In this document: positions 60,042 to 64,000 of the stretch, in pieces
Numbering within the stretch: the stretch's first letter is position 1
How the letters are laid out: each line of letters begins with the position of its first letter
NCBI GenBank assembly: GCA_046538485.1
Contig: JBKHIT010000019.1
Span: forward strand, 1 to 64,000
From: Candidatus Brocadiia bacterium
Lineage (GTDB): Bacteria > Planctomycetota > Brocadiia > SM23-32
DNA length: 64,000 bases
Direction of reading: 5' to 3'
Translations under genes and position numbers: made by a program
Notes under the pieces: model-generated
Databases searched by the model: none
Seen by the model: the letters and a program-made list of their open reading frames with translations, nothing else
Told to the model about the DNA's origin: nothing

Positions 60042-60117
60042 TGGTGGAGAAGAGGGGATTCGAACCCCCGGCCTCGGCAATGCGAGTGCCGCGCTCTCCC
60101 AGCTGAGCTACTTCCCC
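60042..60117 (-). tRNA. tRNA-Ala(CGC)
   Basis: GGGGAAG acceptor with G3:U70, anticodon arm CGGCA-CTCGCAT-TGCCG, CCA end. Confidence 0.97.
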
Positions 60118-60130
60118 ACCCGAGAATTGT

Positions 60131-60159
60131 ATTATAGGGGAGCCACGAATTCCGCTCAA
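60131..60159 (-). promoter_or_regulatory. tRNA-Ala promoter
   Basis: TTGAGC, 17 bp, TATAAT on minus strand. Confidence 0.65.
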
Positions 60160-60200
60160 GCGGGCCGGGGTGATAAAAACAAGGAGGACTCAGCGCAGAC

Positions 60201-60485
60201 CTATGCAACTTTGCGGCGTACAGGAACCAGTGGCTGGTATTCGGGGAGAAGAATTGGTTCAAAGACTTCTTCACCGATGATGTCAATACGGGCCTGAACG
60301 CTCAACAGGTGGCCATCAGGCGTTGTGACCATTAAGTGCGTTCTGTTGCATTTCGCGCACGAAAATATCCATGGCAGAAGCGTGGGCATTTCAGGGAATG
60401 AGTTCGCGCCGTGAACAACAGGGTGAAGGTTGCCGCCACAGTGTGTACACGGGGGAAACGGTGATATCATGGGCTGAACCTCCAT
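60201..60485 (-). CDS. Small Zn-ribbon hypothetical protein
   Basis: CTHC...CAKC pairs. Confidence 0.55.
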   Translation of the reverse strand: MEVQPMISPFPPCTHCGGNLHPVVHGANSFPEMPTLLPWIFSCAKCNRTHLMVTTPDGHLLSVQARIDIIGEEVFEPILLPEYQPLVPVRRKVA

Positions 60486-60788
60486 AACTGAACATGCGAT
60501 TTCGAATTCAAAAATTGCCGGAAATTGCTCACGTAATGACCCGCTGACGAATACTACCTATCCGAACTGTATCTGAAACAAATAGAATGTACTGTCTGCG
60601 GCGAGCGAAATGCAAAGAAAATGTCGGCAAATTGCGCCAAAACCGCTGAAACAGCCCAGTAATGGGGTCAGAACAGTAGCAAGAAGTCCTGAAGAGAGCT
60701 GCAAATAAGGACAAAAAAGAGCGCCCAGGCGGATATATACATGACACTGTGCTTGCCAGGGGAGCCGGAAAAACATAAGATCATTTGC

Positions 60789-60942
60789 TCTAGCCCGGAG
60801 ATTTTACGGATAAATTGAACCGACTATTGCCAAATTGCACGCGGCTTGTTTATTGAACACCGTTCATAACCCTTCTGAGCCCAAAAACCGGGCTAAAAAA
60901 ACGGCGCATAAATCTGGCAACTTAAAATCAGTGATCAGCAAC
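60789..60942 (-). repeat. Dispersed element, copy D (inverted)
   Basis: Reverse complement matches 41250-41400. Confidence 0.88.
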
Positions 60943-61149
60943 GAGGCGAACGCTACGTTGAGAAACGATTGGCTTTAACTGCTTTTTCACAAGAACGATA
61001 CAGACATCTTCCGGCACAGTAGCACTGGCCGGAAATTGTGAACACTTCTTCTTGTTGTAAACCCTGACGCACGAACGGCATGCGCCGATTTATATGGCCT
61101 GCATTTGTAAGATGCAGGCTGGACACCGGCATTTTTCTGGAGACTGAAG

Positions 61150-62394
61150 ATGAACATTGTCCCTGGTGATCGTGAAATACTCCGGGCTCTGGCCAAAAAA
61201 GTCGCCGAAATAGGGCATCAACCTGTTCAAAAAGAAAAGGCGAAAATCTGGACCCGTCATAACGATCTCGATCCCGTCCGGCCGATGGTTCTTATCTTCC
61301 CGGAAGGATCCTGGCGCGAACTGCTTCCCGAACGCGATCTGAAAACGTCAAAGGATTGCCCGTTGCGGGGGATCGAAAAAGATTTTCGACGGCGTATCTA
61401 TTACTGGGAACATATGCAAGATGATAACGTTATCGAACCGGTGGTAGCATGCAGGGTCGTGATCGACAGCACCGGTTGGGGGCTGGCTGCTGAGCGAACC
61501 AATCCCGCTGAAGCGACGGGGGCAGGTCATTTCGAGCCTGTATTGCAAACGGAAGCGGATATCGCAAAGATCAAGCCACCCCAAATCACAGTGGATTGGG
61601 AACAAACACAACGGAAATATGAGCAGATGCAAGATCTTTTCGGCGATATCCTGACTGTGGAAATCCGAGGCCGGACACGGCTTGGAACGGCTCCCATGGA
61701 CACTTATTCACAGTTGCGAGGGCTAGACCAGATGTTTCTGGATCTGGTGGATAATCCGGATTTTGTTCATAAAACGATGTCGCGACTTATGGATGGCACG
61801 GTCGGCGAAATCAGGCAACTGGAAGAACAAAACGCACTAAGCCTTAACAATCGGAACCATTACGTGGGTTCAGGTGGTGTAGGATACACAACTGAGTTGC
61901 CGCAAGAAGATTTCGACGAAGAGCATATCCGTCCGATGGATATGTGGGGGTTCGCTACCGCGCAAATTTTCTCCGAGGTCTCGCCCGGGATGCATGTAGA
62001 ATTCGCGCTCAAGCACGAGGTGCGCCTGCTCGAGCTTTGTGGGCTTAACTGCTACGGATGCTGTGAGCCACTGCACAATAAACTCGACATGGTCAAATCA
62101 ATCCCCAATATACGCCGGATTTCCATCAGCCCCTGGGCCGATATCGAACAGAGCGCCGAGGAACTGGGCGCCGATTACATATTTTCCTGGAAACCAAACC
62201 CCGCGGTGCTGGCCGCCGAAAACTGGAATCCCGAGGCCGTCCGCTCAATGACAAAAGATTTCCTTGAAAAAACCCGGGGATGTGTGACCGAAATCATCAT
62301 GAAGGATACTCACACGTGCCGTGACGAGCCCCAGCGGATGTGGGAATGGACGCGCATAACGCGCGAACTTGCTGAAGATTACGCTCTGTATTGA
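61150..62394 (+). CDS. URO-D/cobalamin methyltransferase-like TIM-barrel protein
   Basis: LRG...M.D..DNP..VH, VSP.M..EF, YGCCEPL, ISISPW, SWKPNP. Confidence 0.75.
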   Translation: MNIVPGDREILRALAKKVAEIGHQPVQKEKAKIWTRHNDLDPVRPMVLIFPEGSWRELLPERDLKTSKDCPLRGIEKDFRRRIYYWEHMQDDNVIEPVVACRVVIDSTGWGLAAERTNPAEATGAGHFEPVLQTEADIAKIKPPQITVDWEQTQRKYEQMQDLFGDILTVEIRGRTRLGTAPMDTYSQLRGLDQMFLDLVDNPDFVHKTMSRLMDGTVGEIRQLEEQNALSLNNRNHYVGSGGVGYTTELPQEDFDEEHIRPMDMWGFATAQIFSEVSPGMHVEFALKHEVRLLELCGLNCYGCCEPLHNKLDMVKSIPNIRRISISPWADIEQSAEELGADYIFSWKPNPAVLAAENWNPEAVRSMTKDFLEKTRGCVTEIIMKDTHTCRDEPQRMWEWTRITRELAEDYALY

Positions 62395-62409
62395 CAGGAT
62401 TCACAGACC

Positions 62410-63753
62410 ATGCCGAACGTTCTGCTTCTGATGTCCGACGAACACAACCCGTTCTACAGCAGCGTCGCGGCCCACAACCAGGCCCGCACGCCGAACATGG
62501 AACGCCTGGCCGAGTCGGGGACGTTTTTCCGCAACGCCTATTGTCCTTCGCCGCTGTGTATGCCGAGTCGGTCGGCGTTTATGGCCGGACGGCGGGTGCA
62601 TGAGGTCCAGGCCTACAGCAATTGCAATGCGCTGGTCCCCGATCACTGGGCCTCATACGGGCAAGTACTTGCGGACCAGGGCGCCCATACGGCCTATATC
62701 GGCAAGACCGATGTCTACGCTCCCGGCGAGGAACTGGGTTTTTCGGAGATGATGATGCCTGGAGACCGCGGTTATCCAGGAGATACAAACCATCGTCGCA
62801 CACCGGTGAGTATCCGGAAAGGGTCGGCGGGCCGGGCCGACGGATACGGAACGGACGAAAATGCGGGTCAGGGAGACGTGAAGTGTGTGGACCGGGCTAT
62901 TCAGTGGCTCCAGAACACGGCACCGAAGCTCGACAAACCGTGGACGCTGACGGTCAACGTGACGAATCCGCATTTCGCGCACATTGCGCCCCCCGAATTC
63001 TGGGCACTCTACGATGGGGGAGATCTACCGGACCATGGTTTCGAATGCGCGAGCGCCCGACATCCGTATGCCCGGGATCTGCAGGCCCATTTTGAGACCG
63101 AGCAGTTCTCCGACGAGCAGATTCGCGGTCTGCGGAAGGGCTATCGCGCCTGCGTGAGTTTTGTCGATTATCAGCTGGGCCGGGTGGTCGATGCTCTGGA
63201 GGCTGAGGGTCTCAGCGAGGAAACCGATCTGATTTACGCGTCGGATCACGGCGAAATGCTGGGGAAATTCGGGATGTGGTGGAAATGCAGTCTCTACGAA
63301 GATTCCGTGCGGGTTCCATGCGTGGCGGCCGGGCCGAGTTTTGATGCCGGCGAAATTGTCGAGACGCCTGTCGATTTGCTCGATGTCCAGGCGACTCTGT
63401 TCGATTTGGTCGATCGGGATCGACCGGACGAGTGGGTAGGGGAGCCACTGAGGGATATTCCGGCGGATGACCGACAGCGGATTGTATTTTCGGAATATCA
63501 CGGCCACGGAACACGGGCCAGCGCGTATATGATTCGCCGGGGGAAATGGAAATACATCCATTACGTCGCAGCCGCAAACCAGCTTTTCGATCTCGAACAT
63601 GACCCGGATGAGCTTGAGAACCTCTGTGAAACGGAGCCCGAAGTTGCGGGTGAGCTGGAAGCGGAACTGCGATCGATCTGCTCCCCGGAGGAAGAGGACC
63701 GCCGGGGCGAAGAACTGATCGAGCAGCAGCTGGCGGCCGTGGGCAACGGATGA
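62410..63753 (+). CDS. Sulfatase (choline-sulfatase-like)
   Basis: MSDEH, CMPSR, SDHGEMLG..G.WWK. Confidence 0.9.
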   Translation: MPNVLLLMSDEHNPFYSSVAAHNQARTPNMERLAESGTFFRNAYCPSPLCMPSRSAFMAGRRVHEVQAYSNCNALVPDHWASYGQVLADQGAHTAYIGKTDVYAPGEELGFSEMMMPGDRGYPGDTNHRRTPVSIRKGSAGRADGYGTDENAGQGDVKCVDRAIQWLQNTAPKLDKPWTLTVNVTNPHFAHIAPPEFWALYDGGDLPDHGFECASARHPYARDLQAHFETEQFSDEQIRGLRKGYRACVSFVDYQLGRVVDALEAEGLSEETDLIYASDHGEMLGKFGMWWKCSLYEDSVRVPCVAAGPSFDAGEIVETPVDLLDVQATLFDLVDRDRPDEWVGEPLRDIPADDRQRIVFSEYHGHGTRASAYMIRRGKWKYIHYVAAANQLFDLEHDPDELENLCETEPEVAGELEAELRSICSPEEEDRRGEELIEQQLAAVGNG

Positions 63754-63837
63754 AACGGCAAAAATGGGAAGTGACACAAGGGGTAACGGGTAGTTTGTAT
63801 GACTCTGGGCGTACAGACGCAGATGACAGGGGCGGGC

Positions 63838-63999
63838 TCAGGCCGGCAAATCCCGGGAATATTTCTCCATCGCGTCCATCAGGGCTTCGGCGTTCTCCAG
63901 AGAAACACCCGGATACATTCCATGCCTCAACATTAATCCGCCGTCGGGAGAACCTAACTTTTCGACGGCGTTGCGGATATGTTTGTCGATCTTTTGGGG
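63838..63999 (-). CDS. C-terminal end of a URO-D-family protein (partial, runs off window)
   Basis: PQKIDKHIRNAVEKLGSPDGGLMLRHGMYPGVSLENAEALMDAMEKY...stop at 63838. Confidence 0.6.
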   Translation of the reverse strand, partial: PQKIDKHIRNAVEKLGSPDGGLMLRHGMYPGVSLENAEALMDAMEKYSRDLPA

Positions 64000-64000
64000 G

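Overview
Chromosomal window from a probable PVC/Planctomycetota bacterium. This assignment is inference from a prepilin-type DUF1559-like gene, many Cys-type sulfatases, a short PheT and PVC-style REP repeats. 1-7.1 kb is an accessory hotspot with three toxin-antitoxin-type pairs (DUF433/DUF5615-PIN, addiction module/RelE-ParE, Xre-ImmA/PIN with its own operator). It also holds gene remnants, an HUH transposase fragment and a recurring compound intergenic repeat. 7-46 kb is mostly housekeeping: aspA, a divergent aroC, thpR-metG, folC, purL, tyrA and infC-rpmI-rplT-pheS-pheT. Mixed in are several apparent pseudo-enzyme signalling proteins: a degenerate GGDEF behind a sigma54 site and a structured leader, and a Ser/Thr kinase fused to a dead M48-like domain, divergent from a dead M50B-like protein. 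46-64 kb holds four intact sulfatases, decayed genes, palindromic elements next to tRNA-Leu(GAG), tRNA-Ala(CGC), pncA and URO-D-like genes. A ~100-150 bp dispersed repeat occurs four times. No CRISPR array, rRNA, integrase or intact transposase was seen. All product calls come from motif recognition by eye, not database searches.
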